From assembly GCF_028858705.1 (NCBI RefSeq), contig NC_072852.1, positions 200,388,471 through 200,452,470 of the forward strand: 64,000 nt of DNA, in the 5' to 3' direction. Shown here one piece after another: positions 23,906 through 37,360 of the stretch. This stretch comes from Grus americana. Lineage: Eukaryota. The position numbers were made by a program, and so were the translations under genes. The number at the start of each line of letters is the position of its first letter. Position 1 is the first letter of the stretch. The notes beneath the pieces are model-generated. The model was not told the DNA's origin. It saw nothing but the letters and a program-made list of their open reading frames with translations, and ran no database searches.

Positions 23906-24470
23906 GGAGGTGATTCTGCCCCTCTACTCCTGTCTTGTGAGACCCCACCTGGAGTACTGCATCCAGCTCTGGACTCCCCAGTACAAGAAAGACATGGAGC
24001 TGTTGGAGAGAGTCCAGAGGAGGGCCACAAAGATTATCAGAGGGCTGGAGCACCCCTCCTATGAAGACAGGCTGAGAGAGTTGGGGGTATCCAGCCTAAA
24101 GAAGAAAAGGCTCCAGGGAGACCTTAAAGCAGCCTTCCAGTACCTGAAGGGGGCCTACAGGAAAGTTGGAGAGGGACTGTTTACAAGGGTGTGCAGTGAT
24201 AGAACAAGGGGTAACAGCTCTAAACTGAAAGAGAATAGATTTAGATCAGATATTAAAAAGCAATTCTTCACTACGATGGTGGCGAGGCACTGGAACAGGT
24301 TGCCCGGAGAAGCTGTGGATGCCCCCTCCCTGGAAGTGGTCAAGGCCAGGTCGGATGGGGCTTTGGGCAACTTGATCTAGTGCAGGGTGTCCCTGCCCGT
24401 GGCAGGGGGGTTGGAACTACATCATCTTTAAGGTCTCTTGCAACCCAAACCATTCTAGGATTCCATGATC
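23906..24470 (+). mobile_element. CR1 LINE 3' fragment (ORF2 C-terminus + 3' UTR), near-identical inverted copy of 6384..6950
   Basis: ORF 23910..24380 reads [58 protein letters not shown]...GALGNLI. Its last 115 aa are identical to the minus-strand ORF at 6474..6821. The canonical CR1 3' tail ends at 24470. Confidence 0.88.
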
Positions 24471-24901
24471 TCGCATAAATGCAACAGCTTCAACAGGAGC
24501 TTTTAGAGGCGGTCCTTCCCCAGACTATAACCATATGGTCGAAATCAACTTGGGCAAAGCAGAAAAGTGAATCCATGTTTCCTATATTCCATGTGAATTC
24601 TCTAGATACTATACTACTGCCAGAAAATACAGGCGGGGCTGCCGCCTCCTTATATTTTATAGTGGGAACCAGCTAAGCTAACAGTGCACAGCATTACCTT
24701 ACTGTGGTGTAAATGCACACTGTCACTAGAAAGGGAGGTGCCACTTCATTTTCGACATGCCTTTGACACTATCCTTAATTTGGAAACAGTGATCAAGCAG
24801 CTCCAGATCAAGTTAGTTCGATGACCTGGTCTGACAGAAAACTAGCCTCCAGGAAAAAAAAATAAAATAAAAACAAGTTTTCAGTGATGAGTTTTTCTAT
24901 A

Positions 24902-25093
24902 AGGGTGGTGAGGCACTGGAACAGGTTGCCCAGAGAAGCTGTGGATGCCCCCTCCCTGGAAGTGTTCAAGGCCAGGTTGGATGGGGCTTTGGGCAACCTG
25001 GTCTAGTGGAGGGTGTCCTTGTCCATGGCAGGGGGGTTGGAACTAGATGGTCTTTAAGGTCCCTTCCAACCGAAACCATTCTAGGATTCTATG
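24902..25093 (+). mobile_element. CR1 3'-end fragment
   Basis: ggtggtgaggcactggaacaggttgcccagagaagctgtggatgcc...ggttggaactagatggtctttaaggtcccttccaaccgaaaccattctaggattctatg ([30 protein letters not shown] + CR1 tail). Confidence 0.8.
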
Positions 25094-26754
25094 TACACAT
25101 ACACATAGAATGAGATTCACTGCTGTAAGCTCACCATGCCTGGGGTTCTGGTGTAGTCTCCAATATCCTACAGCCTCGTAGGGAACTTTCTGGCTAATGA
25201 CTAAGCTAGGATTGTCATATGGTGACGAAGACCAGCTCCTAAACTCACTTGTGCAGCTCAACAGAAGTGTATCTCAAAGACAGTAATATACTCTGCAGCA
25301 AAACACAGGTGTAGTGGGCTCTGCATAAGCGGCTTATTATCACTATCAGCAGAATTACAACACTCACAGAAACAGAATACAGTCCTTAGCAGTTTACTTA
25401 CCTGAAAACACAGATTTGAAGCAATGAAATACAGTTACAAAAGTGTAAGATAAAATATATAATGGCTATACATTATATAATAATAGTATACTTCAGTCAA
25501 TGCAGTGTACCAATTGGCTTGTGAGGACAGCTTGCTTAGCCTCTACAGCTAAACCCAGAGCTGATTATGTTTCAGTGCTCTCAGGGATGCACACTTCGTA
25601 CTTATGCTATTCCAGGGGGGTTCTGCTCCTGGAACCAGCTCCTTTCCTCATCCACAACTGAATACCTCCGATACTCATTTTCTTATAAATTGTTCTGAAC
25701 CACTTATTCCTAGAATGGATCTGCTTAATGCTATATTCCTTGCTGAAAGCATTCCAGGCTTCTGAATGCTGCTTGCTTACAACCTTCTTAAACAGCTTTA
25801 TTTTTATTTTCCAAATTTCATTTTTGTTTTAAGAGTAAAATCTCATTTTGAGATCCTTATTTAGTTTACTGGAAGTTGTGTGTCATGTGCCGACTTTATG
25901 AAAATGCAACAAGAGACTGATTTACAATTAGGTTTTCCATGGTTACTCAGTTCTAATATACACTGAGAGACCTTTGTAACTGCATCACAAGTCCACTGGT
26001 ATGCATGCCAAGACTTACATCAGCAGTGACAGCAGCATACTCTGTATTGTAAAATTATTTTCTGAAGCAGAGAGTCATGTTGGAAGGAAAAATACATTGG
26101 CAGGCTTAAACAGAATTAAAGAGACAAATGCAACAACAAAGCCTTAGTAATTTCAAGAAACCTGATCCTCAGATTTCAAGGGGAAAAAAAAGAGAAAAGA
26201 AATTACTTATCTAATTTTTTTTGTGTTAAGATAATTAAGTTTGGTGAAAATTTCAGTCGTCCTCTGAAGAACACCAGATGAATATCCCAGACACTTGGAA
26301 TGAAGAACCTAGGTAACTGCCTTAGAAATCACTAGGTTTATGTTGAAATACTTGATGAAATTTACTTTTGAATATCTCCTTCCTTGGATATATTTGTATG
26401 ATTACCTAATCCCTTCAAGTGACAAAAATTTTACTCTACTCCTATAATTTTTAGAGGAACACAAAACCTACTTGGACTCTAAATAGAAATACAAGAACCT
26501 CTTTTCAGTAACAGGTCCAAGAACAAACTCTTGGCAGTTTGCTATTCCATAAAATATTATCAACACATCATATGTACACTTGTTATGCTACAGAGCTGTG
26601 TACTTAGCCTTACTGCTGTTTACATCACAAAACTGTACAGATATATAAAAAGAAATAACAAATCATCAAAGGTCACAACAAGCAAATGAGTAATCTTTTT
26701 AATGTGAGGATAACAACAGCAAAAGACACACATTAAAAATAAAAATAATCTCAC

Positions 26755-26880
26755 CAGCTCTGGTGTGTCCTGACAATCTTCAGTAACACAGTACTTCTGG
26801 TATGCCATAAAGGAAGAAAGCGACATTCCACCAAAATACAGGTTGATGGACAATTTGCCCCATGGATTATCTGGTAATTC
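26755..26880 (-). CDS. RNF17: RNF17-like coding exon ([42 protein letters not shown]), possibly a degenerate Tudor-4 middle segment
   Basis: Open 42-codon frame between acceptor ...cttgtataagtag|GAA and donor CTG|GTGAGA on the minus strand. Phase 0 to 0 is compatible with exon 29653. Confidence 0.45.
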
Positions 26881-29584
26881 CTACTTATACAAGACCAAAT
26901 AAGATTGTAACAGTAATAGCGTGACAGAAATAGTTGATATGAAATTCAAACCTGTCATTACTACATGCACCATACTCATTCATCAAAGATACAAAACCAG
27001 TAAGGGTGGCTATTAACATCAGTTGTGACACAAATAGGAACATACCTCTGGAATGGCAGCACCCACTACTCAGTCTAACACCAAAACATTATCCCATGTT
27101 TGCTCACTCAACAACATACCCTTCTCTTTCACCATTTATCGCTAGAAATTAAACTATCTGAAACTGCAGTTTTTTCAGACAATACAGATTATATGTTTCC
27201 CTATACTGTTAATACATTAATTTAAGCATGCCAATACTTAATTAAGCCAAATTTTAATCACATAAAATTCAATTTAGAAGAATTTACACTGTTGGTAGGT
27301 AGGTGTCTTGTCATAATGGAACACAGAATACAAACAGGAAAAAAAAAATAATACCTCTAAAGGACACATTTAAGACCTGAAAACTATAATAAAGGTAAAG
27401 TCATAGGAGAAATATTTTAGCTTTGGATTTTGTTTTGTCTAAGAAATACGTTTACTGCTATACTCCTTCACCTATTATTCTTCATGCAAATTAAAACAAA
27501 AAAAACCCCCAAAACCAGAAGAGAACAAAACATAAGCTTCATTCCACATCTATGAATAAATTAAGCTACCTGAACATGTATTTCGACCTCTTCATTTGTA
27601 AGGAGTTCTTGAAGGCAATCTACTGCATCCTGCTGCCATAAATTTCCAATCTATTTGGTGAAAAGCAAGAAACTCTCTCACATTAAGATGCCGACAAGTA
27701 ATACTTTTACTATTCTTAACATAATACGATGAAAATATATGCCTACCATTGAGAAACTTATTTGAAAACATGCATCATTCGTTTGATTTGTCTACAACTG
27801 TTTAAACATTATCTGCTACTTGGTACACTAAATCTTAATGTGTGACAAAGCCGACCAGCAATTTTCAGATCTCGAAGTGGCTTAGAAAGAAATACTGCTT
27901 GTCAAGTGCAACCTTTACTATATACGTAATAATGTATGTATGCACAGTTACCCGAGGAATAACCCAAAGATACAGAATCACACCTGAAAAAAATTAAGAG
28001 ACAACAGAAACACAGGATACTTTAAATACTTCTTTTATTCCCTGCAATATCCATTTGCTCCCAACCTGCAGGCTTATAAGCTTTTTGCAATCTATCAGTT
28101 GAACTGCTTCCAGCAATGAAAACGTTTTCTTTCAAAATAAGTTTAAAAGTTCATGATTTCAGTAATTCACATTTACTAAATGCACCAAATTTCAATAAGA
28201 TGTGAAGATAGGTGATGTTATTTACATATCAATTATTTACTAACAAAACCCCCTAAAACAATTCACTTGTATTAGTTTAGCATAACAGATTGCTTCCTAC
28301 ACAGCTTTGTTCAGAATGATATAAATACTTTTGCAGGACTTTAAGATTTACAATTTTCTGGCCATTTTGCATTAAGAAATCCAGGCCTTACTTCTTGTTG
28401 TTGCTATTACAAAATGAACTACCACTTCAGAGTATCCTGCCAACTACTGCTGTATCCTGTCTCACAAAGATTTAATTCCAATGACAGCTGCTTTTGAAGC
28501 ATGGTCACTTCATAAAGCAATCTGGCGTTTCGTGATAAAAAGCTGCCTTGCTAAACAATCCTCATCAGCTATTCTCGGTATCCTCATAGGCAAGATAAAA
28601 TACCAGCAACTACTCTCAACTTTTGTATGACTAAAGAGTGTATCAAATTGAGTAACTACCTACTAAAATGTCTTCACATTTACCATTACTCACTGGTACT
28701 GTCTTGTAGAGCTGACATGGTATGCAATACGGAGGAATATCAGAATACAATGTAGTTGGATACAGATGACACGGAGGAATCTGCTCTATGCAACCATGGT
28801 CTATGTACTGTACCTATATGAAAAAAAAACTTTCCTGAAATAATTTCTGGTTTTTAAGTCAAGTGTAATAAGAGAAAGCATTCATTTACAGCATTTACTT
28901 TTCTGGAGGGAAGAAAAAAAAAAAAAAAAAGGTTTGCTGATAAGTAGGTGATGTGACAAAGTGTAAATGAAGGAAAGGATTAAAAAACTGGTACGACAGA
29001 TTAGAAGGTCAGTTTCTAAACTTGTCTTGCAAGAGATCCTACCTTTTGCATAATAACCTACACCAGTTTAAAATTTAAAGAAATATAAAATTTGTGAACT
29101 AGGATAGCGCCAGACTTGCAAATCTACATTCAAAAAGCATGAGCAGACTCAAGAGTTTAGATAAGATTAACTGTTAATTAGAAAAAGTAGCTCTATACCT
29201 GTGCAGCAGAAAGAATTCAAGCCAGACAGCCACTACTTTTTGGGTAGGGATAAACTTAGCTTCCCCCCGCCCTAAGTATTTTCAAAGTATTCCACATACA
29301 ATAACAACAACAAAAAAAGAGAAAAAAACCTAAAAGGGATTACATACAGGGGATTACATACAGAGTAGCTTTTTACTTAAGAACATTTATCATCACCAGG
29401 AAAACTATGGAAAAAATTGTAACAACTGAAATGGGCAGATAGAATTCATCTTTAAAATAAATGTAAAAATCAGGACAGTTATCACACTTTCAACCAGAAC
29501 GAGCATCTGGATAGTCAGGTCATCTGAATGAAAAAAGGTGTGATCATAAGTTTATTTTAGAGGATTAGATTATTCTGCCACCCC

Positions 29585-29640
29585 TCCCCCCCCCCTTTTT
29601 TTTTTTACATACATGTGCACATGTTCATGCACACACACAC
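29585..29640. repeat. low-complexity C10-T11-(CA)n tract
   Basis: cccctcccccccccctttttttttttacatacatgtgcacatgttcatgcacacacacac. Confidence 0.8.
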
Positions 29641-29652
29641 AAAACATATAAT

Positions 29653-29825
29653 CAAACTTACCTGGAGAGTACTACCACCGAGTTCTACAACTTTACCTCG
29701 ATACCACATGGTATCTGATCCTCTTACAACACAAGCTTCTCCCTTTTTCCAGCAGTAGGGTTCCAGAAGACCAAGGCATTGGAATTTACTTTGTATTTCA
29801 GCCATCAGCTTGTTTAGTTCAACTT
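29653..29825 (-). CDS. RNF17: RNF17-like Tudor-4 core exon ([55 protein letters not shown])
   Basis: Tudor core motif [23 protein letters not shown]. Acceptor ctccctctag|AA and donor CAG|GTAAGT on the minus strand. The first two bases complete the G left by exon 31049, giving Glu. Confidence 0.78.
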
Positions 29826-31048
29826 CTAGAGGGAGAATAAAAAAAAAATTCAAAATAGTCTGTTATAGATTAGCACAAATTATTTTAATCACTAAAACCC
29901 AGTAGATTCAGATGAACACATGTATAAGCATCAAATACATGTGCTGTTCCAAAAAATGTTTTTCAACACTGATAGAGTATGTATGTTCAACTTCTAGTAC
30001 ATGCAAACAAGTTACTACTTAAACAAAAGGTAACTGCATTTCCAATTTTGAAGCCATTAGTAACTCTGGATTCTAATCTCAGAGAAGATGGGTCTATAAA
30101 TTTTGCAACTGACACCTTGGCAGCACTAATATAAGAGCTTCTCCATGAACAAGACAACAGATTCCCAGAGACAGTGGTAGGACACCATGAAGTAACACAA
30201 AACTGGTGCCCAGAAGACCCTCTTCTGCTATGCGTACAGTCTATAGCCACATCTGCAAGAATACAGTCCTGAGCAAGTGGGATTACTGTACTTTGAATTT
30301 CAGAGTTTTATGATATGATTGAATAGTTAAATGTACTTGTAGAGTAAAAAAAATAAATTAGTGTTCTCATATGGAAACATTTCTCTACAGCACAATGTAT
30401 TATCATGGTACTGAAGACTGACACTGCATCTGTTAGATGAAAATATACTTCTTTTGAACAGTACAAACAGAAACTATTAAGAGATACTGAATCTATCAAA
30501 GTACAAACAAAAAGCCAAAGGAAACTGGGTACTGAGCTCACACTGAAGGAAAAAAATCCAGTAATATTTGAGAACCTGGCTAACTTCCAAGCATCTTTAG
30601 GACTGTATCTTCATTATTATTAGTAAAATGTATCACAATCTCAACACTATAAAATAAAGCACTTGCTGCTTTACCCAATACTGCATAGAGAAGAGAGGCA
30701 AGTAACATGCCTGTCCAAGTGCTTGGGTTTTTTTGATTTCTTGGGAGGGCAGGTGGACAGGAGAGCCGATTTTGATGGTTTAAGTATAGGGTGCCACCTC
30801 CTGGGGGTTTGGGTTTCCTCTGCCAGGAAGCCGCGGGACCTCTCCCCACCACTGCAGAGAAAGGGGTGCACGGGCTCGCAACCCCTTGCCCCCCACGCCA
30901 AAGGCCTCATCACCTCCCAACAGCAATCCTCCCCAACAGGAATCTTCTAGAACTGTGTTCTGATACAGAACACGTATCTGGTATATTCTGATATACCAGA
31001 GCTATCAGTTTCATAGACATAAATGTATTTTCTTCTATGTAATCTTAC

Positions 31049-31356
31049 CAAATGATTTTGGTATTATATAAATAGTTCCGTCACGTCCAATGGAACTTAC
31101 TACAGCTTGAAAATGTTTAACTTCAGGTATAACGGGGGATTTATATATTTCATCCACTCCTGAATGAAGCAGTGACTTAGATGTTTTGCATGATTTTTGT
31201 TCACTCTCAGAAACGATGATGTTTTCCTCTGGAGCAGCGCTGTTTCTTGAGCATGCAGTTTTGGAATTACAACCGTCCAGTCGTGTGTTCTCTTGCTCTA
31301 AATGTACTTTAAGATGTTCCTTGGAGACTGAGCAAGCCACAGCAGCTGTATTAGTT
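31049..31356 (-). CDS. RNF17: RNF17-like S-rich linker + Tudor-4 N-terminal exon (...SKSLLHSGVDEIYKSPVIPEVKHFQAVVSSIGRDGTIYIIPKSF-)
   Basis: Long open frame, part of the 112-aa ORF 31035..31373. Strong donor TTTG|GTAAGA at the low end. The 5' boundary is chosen as acceptor ...gaatctgctag|A, the only one that restores the frame with exon 31680; it is uncertain. Confidence 0.5.
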
Positions 31357-31679
31357 CTAGCAGATTCAATCAAATCATATCAACATATTAACTGATGAAG
31401 AACTTGGAAAGTGCAAAAGAATAAAATAACAGAAGTAAAAAAATCAAACACATAAAGATGGAAAATGCTTATTAAAATACTGTCAAACATCTCAATACCA
31501 AGTTAGACAACTGAAACATGCAATGGATACAATTAATAATGTTATACTCAAATAAGTTCAGTAAAGATGGAGTTCTGTTGCTACATATTCTATAAAGGAT
31601 AATCCAAATTTTTGTTTTACTTATTAGCTTATCACAATATGAATATGAGAGTCTGAAAAAAATATAAAAGTATCCAAAC

Positions 31680-31795
31680 CTTCTGTTTCTAAAAGCCAAA
31701 CCCTTTTTAATAAGGTGTTCTGAAATATCCATCAATTGTCCTGTTTCATCTTTGCAAAGAATTTTCACAGGCAATGCACAAGCCACATCACTTTC
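31680..31795 (-). CDS. RNF17: RNF17-like Tudor-3 C-terminal exon (ESDVACALPVKILCKDETGQLMDISEHLIKKGLAFRNR-R)
   Basis: Acceptor ctcatttttttccag|GAA on the minus strand with a strong pyrimidine tract. Matches the Tudor C-terminal pattern (aLP..i.C.d....l.....l...GLA). The donor is weak (AAG|GTTTGG at 31679); an alternative donor A|GTAAAA lies ~60 nt further. Confidence 0.5.
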
Positions 31796-34095
31796 CTGGA
31801 AAAAAATGAGAGAGCTGGACAACATATTACAATATGCATTTCTTCTGAACTACAGGCATATTTTTTATTTTACTGGTACTGACTGCAAATCGGACATCGT
31901 TGAACAACTGATGCCCACATCAGAAGACACAGTATTTATTTAATCCATGTCACAGTTCCTATCATTTTACCACGTGTTCTCAACATGACAGTAAAAAAAA
32001 GTAACAGAATAAAACCTTACTTCTTCCTTTAGCTGTTGTATTAGAATGAACTGCCAAATACTTGTTTTCCTCCAGCAGGAGCTTGAAATCCACTCATAAC
32101 TAACTTTGCTCATCAGTGCTTTTATTTCCAGACACACTGTAAAACCTCACTGGCAGCTGCCAACAGACACTAAACAAATCAAACCCTCATAAGAATTCTG
32201 TTTGTTTTACCAGTAGAAGATATCAATTACTAATGATGTTTGTACAGCATCGGACTTGTTCTTTCAGTTTCTGAGGCTTGAAAACTAATATAGTAGCTGC
32301 TGAAATCATTCTCATCAAGAACATGATCATCTTGCTCATCTGACCATGAAAGTTGTCAGCATCCAGCGATCCCAAAGACATACATATTATTCTTCAGTAA
32401 CTAAATATATCTAAGACTGTGTTCTTACCACACTGGGTAGCCAAACTGCTCCAATGCTCCAGTGAATAACAAAAGTAAAGCAGAAAAAAGTATCTTTTCC
32501 CCTACAGCAAAGAACAACCTAAGCAAGTTCCACTTAGGACATTTTGAAGAGTGAAAATATTCAGAAAAAAATTAAATTAACAGACAACCCGACAGAAATT
32601 TTACAAATACCACTAGTTTTGATTACAAACCTGTATGATTATTTTTACTTGTGCCCCGGTTAGGTAATAAGATAAACATTCACACACTGTTGCTGTCCAC
32701 TGTGTGCTTCCACCTGTTGGTCTAACATAGAACAAATTTTAATCTCCTTTAGTACAAGAGAAGTTGGCATCTTCTGAACTTAACCACAAACCCTTCCCTT
32801 TACTGAAATTTAGATTTTTTTTTTTTTTTGAAACTGCCTGAACTGTCAGGGAAAAAAGACAATCTCCATCACAGTCAACCATAAAAAGAAATGGGTATTC
32901 ATCTCTGGATCTACATGACAGGAAGAATTCAAAAATATAACCCCAAAAATTTGGTATGAGAAGGATCACAAGTTCCAGAATTGAGACACCATTCTTAACA
33001 GAACAAAGAAAATCCACACTTAACCTGCAAATTAGGCTTTTTATATTCATTAAGGGGATGGGTATTGCAAATGTGGTTATTTTTTCTTCACAGTATTGAC
33101 AGCACACAAACACATGGAGGAATACCCCGGTTCTCTCTCTTTTCTACAGTCTAGAAAAGAGAGACCTCCTATACATTTTCATGACATTTGATTCATCTCA
33201 AATTCTGAGCCATGGAAAAAAGCATTCAGTGAAATAAGAAAAACCTCTATCGCCTGCGCAGTATTTTATAATTCATCCTATAAATATTCTTTCTTTCTAT
33301 AGCACAGTTTCTGTTTTACTGGTATGTAGCATAACCCTTAGGGAAAAAAAACCCACAAAACCCTTTATAAAACAAATCACAGGCACCATCCTATTTCTTC
33401 TTTATTCAAAAAGCAAACCACATCCAAATCTCAGATAATCAGTGCTAACACAGGAAAATATTAAGTTATGTCATTATTAGTTTTCTAATACTACTACTTG
33501 GTATAAGGGAAAGGCTACCTTATATCTGTCAAGGAACATTCTATTGCTAATGCCCTAATTATCTTCATGTTCTCCTCAAGTTTTCTTAGACAGCTGATAT
33601 CCACTGTTTTTTCAGCTCCAGAATCATAAAGTATTACCTGTTACAGACAAGAAACACAATGAAACATTAAAAAATACCCTCTCTTAGTATTGTCTGTAAC
33701 AAATGATAATTCAAAGCATTCCTGAATAGGTAAACAAAATTCAAACAAACATTACCAGGATTCAACAAATGGCCTTTGCACTGAAGTCACTACATGTGTG
33801 TCTCTGTCACACAACACAGATGACTACCACAGCATACCGAGAGGACAAAACACACAAATGTGCTCAAAGGAGGGGTCAAACAACTTTACAAAGGCTGATA
33901 CTTGAATAAGACAATTTCTTTTCCCCTTTTTCAGTTATGTTGGTGCACTTAAATTTGTAAATCTATAAAAGCTGAAATAGCTCCCCTTCACCCCTTGCTT
34001 CTTATTCTGACGTGGTTAAATAGCTGTTCAAGGGCTCTTAGCCTTAGAAAGCAGATGATGCAAACCAGAAGTATACAAAGTCCCACTTCTGCTTC

Positions 34096-34190
34096 TAGTG
34101 AGGGGTGTCCCTGCCCATGGCAGGGGGGTTGGAACTAGATGACCTTTAAGGTCCCTTCCAACTCAAACCATTCTATGATATTATGATTCA
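34096..34190 (+). mobile_element. CR1 3'-UTR fragment
   Basis: ctagtgaggggtgtccctgcccatggcaggggggttggaactagatgacctttaaggtcccttccaactcaaaccattctatgatattatgattc. Confidence 0.7.
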
Positions 34191-34854
34191 TAACCTGATG
34201 ATGGTGGAGAGAATCAATGGTAATTCAGTCCTGGATTAAAAAGCCACTCTTACTTTTAAGGCAAGTAGTTATCTATTCACAAAATGCCTCTTCTGAAGCT
34301 CCTCGTTCTTTTCAAATGAGTGCAACAAAATGCACATTTAAAGCAGCACTGTGTGAGAAGTTACTGTGGAAAATGTTACACCTACATGGCACAGTGCATC
34401 ACCATCAGTTTAGGGTTCAAGCAACAGCATGACTACGTGTGTTCCTGTGGTGTTGCACTCAGTTCAACTGGCTCCATCTTTCAGCAAGGATCATTAAGTT
34501 TGAATTAACATGACCCTCAGGTTCACACAGCTTCTGGAATCTAAACTAAATTGTTTAGGCTACAGCTTGGAAATTTGTGCTATGTTGCGAAGTGTTGTGT
34601 AAACATACACAAAGTCAACCTAATGAGCCTTCCTCAGCTACCAGGTTCCCTGATAAAAGCATCTGAGCTTTGATGAGACAGTAATCTTATTTGCAGCGAT
34701 GTACAATGTAACTTAAACCCTGGACAAAAGCAAAGGTTGTATGAGAAAATATTAACACAAAAGTAAGAAGCAAATATTTTACATTATTTTAATCAATGAA
34801 TGCTTAAAAACTTAAGAAATACAAGTATGAACCCTGTAATGATAAGAGGTTTAC

Positions 34855-34998
34855 CTCTGCGCTTGTTTCAGAGACAATCCTGCTTATTTGTCCTCTTTGC
34901 CACTGTTTCAAATCACGTATGTAAACAGCGCAGTGCATACTACCTTCCCACGTCACATGCTGTGGCTGGGATTCTTTGTAGATAGTAGCCATCTTCTC
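34855..34998 (-). CDS. RNF17: RNF17-like Tudor-3 core exon (EKMATIYKESQPQHVTWEGSMHCAVYIRDLKQWQRGQISRIVSETSAE)
   Basis: Tudor core GSMHCAVYIRDLKQWQRGQI. Acceptor gttagtttacag|GAG and donor GAG|GTAAAC on the minus strand (48 codons, phase 0 to 0). Confidence 0.7.
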
Positions 34999-35956
34999 CT
35001 GTAAACTAACATTCAAATAAACACTTTTCCAGTGGTAAAATTTTATCCAGTGAATAAAGGGCTTATTTAGTCAATCACTGCTTAACTAGCACACAGTAAA
35101 GTTTTAGTAACTGTTCAACAGACATGTAGTACTGTAGTTTTTCTTCATGACATGTGAGACATAGATGAAATGGAGCTTCAAAACGCATGCAATCTGATTA
35201 AAATCCTGTAAAATGATCATGTTTTCTTAAACAATGGGGTTAACCTGAGTGATGCCAACCGTTCTGTATAGCACTATTGGAAAGATGCACTATTTTCTCT
35301 CGACAACTTGAGTCGTTTAGTGTCATGACTAATTCAATGGGACTCTAGGTAGCTATAGACAAGAAAGTAAAAAGATGAAAGGAGAAGGGGCAGAAAATAA
35401 GCAACTTGCACTAAGCAATGACATTTCTATTTAACTATCTTCAAACAGTAGCCACTATTACCTACATGTTACCTAAATATCTACCAAAGGAAAGTTGATA
35501 CACTATGTCTAGAAATTGCCTTCGAGCTTTTCTAACAGCGCATTAGAATCATGTTGAAAGAAATAACTTGCTTGAACTTCTGTAACTTAGGATACTGGTA
35601 TTACTAACAAGATTTCTAATGAAGGAATGGGGAGGAGAAAAGAAAGAACAGAAATATTTGATCTTTCTGGATAGTGTTGCATTTATCAGGCCCCAATACC
35701 TACTACATTAAAACTGATCTGAAATGGGAGTTAGAGCAGGTACTTAATTTGGAATCACAAATATGTAATAAACCACAACACAGTGCCAATCTGTCTTCTG
35801 TTCCTATACTTTCCTCAACAAAGCAAGGTAACTCAATAGCATTCAAAAGAGTACCCAGTGGCAAATGCAACCCTAATCAGAGTTTCTTCTAACTATACTT
35901 CACCAGTTTGCAATAAGAATGCCTTAATTTGAGAAAAGTTCTTTGAATTTTAATAC

Positions 35957-36178
35957 CTTTTCAGTATGCTTTCTGATGACAGCCATTGTATAAAAATTTT
36001 ACTAGGAGACACAACATGACTAATTCTCACTTGTAGCTCTTTCTTAGAAAGTGATCTGAAATCTCTTTCATCCACAGGTTCCATGTCTATAGGATTTAAA
36101 GCTTCCAAGGTTTCAGGAATTTCTTCTAGAGGAACATCCCATATTTCATCGGGCCATACAGCAGTTCTTTCAGTGTAC
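35957..36178 (-). CDS. RNF17: RNF17-like Tudor-3 N-terminal exon (YTERTAVWPDEIWDVPLEEIPETLEALNPIDMEPVDERDFRSLSKKELQVRISHVVSPSKIFIQWLSSESILK-R)
   Basis: Ends with the typical v.VshVvSPs.fyiQ motif. Acceptor gctctttacag|GTA and donor AAAAG|GTATTA on the minus strand. The phase-2 end does not join directly to exon 34998, so an intervening exon is probably missing. Confidence 0.62.
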
Positions 36179-37360
36179 CTGTAAAGAGCATAAAATAATT
36201 AGAATGCAAAGTTTAAACACATTTTAAGCAAAGTGAAAAAAGAGCTCAATAATCACACTTCGACATGACAGGAATCATTCAACATGAAAAGTGAATAAAT
36301 ACCAATTTAGAAAAGTAGAAAAAAAAATCCCAACAAAAGACAAAAACATTTCTAAATGTTACTTCTGAAACACTTGTGATAGTAACTTTTATTCTCCTTC
36401 AGAAGGCATCCTTGCACATTCTACTGTCAGATGAAAGCACTACGCAAAACAGGCTGCCAACAGAAAAGCAAGCCTGACACAAATGGGCTGCTGAACATTA
36501 ATGTTTGTGTCTGGCTTAAAAGAATTCCAATTACTAATATCATGCTTCTGGAAAGCAATGTTGCCTCTGAGTGAAAGCTCAACATTCAACTTCTATGATG
36601 TGTAAATATTCCTTTCAGAAGTAAACAATATTAACATTAGTGAAACATTTACCTTTCTAGCATTCCCTGATGATACAAATAGAACACAACCGGTGCTAGC
36701 ACTTTCCTAAGTACAGTACTAAATGAAGTTCGGGCATGGTAATAGCTTGATAAAAACTTGTTTAAATTGTATGAACTGAATAGAATTAAGCCCAACAGCA
36801 ATCAAGAGTTGACTGGTATGTATTTTGAGCCACAGCCCAGCTTAGTACATGCCTGCATAAATTGTGCCAACTAGAAATGCAAGAGATTGCAGCTGGAAAA
36901 AACATCTGTTAACGCAAAAGAACTCATTTCTTGCAAACACCTCTCACTAAAGGAGACAGCAAGCCCGAGTTTCACTGCTGGCCATTTCTGGACCTCCAGG
37001 AAGAAACTCACTCCTGTTTTCAGAGATCTACCACCTGTCTTTTCCTTCACGGGAAGGAAACAAACTGCTCTGTCAGAGAGAAAATTCTGTAGTGTTTAAG
37101 TATTGAATCATCCACTACGTACTGCTACACAATTATTTATGCATACCTTCCTGATGCAGGTATTTGGAAACTGCTGGGTAAAACAACTTGCAGAACCAGG
37201 AAAGAAATGAACACCATAGATCATAAATATGCTTAACTTGTGTACAACTAGTCTAAACTATGAAATGGACAGAGGCAATCTGCCACGGAGAGGTCTCTCA
37301 AGTGAAATACATGTTACATGTCTTACAACCCTATCTCCAGTAATTTCAGTGTAGCATTAT

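Noticed and set aside
35101-35220. Minus-strand open frame DFNQIACVLKLHFIYVSHVMKKNYSTTCLL with acceptor ttttacag, considered as the missing Tudor-3 exon
   Set aside because: It starts in phase 0, which does not fit the phase-2 donor of exon 35957. No downstream donor could be placed in frame. The weak Tudor-like resemblance is insufficient.
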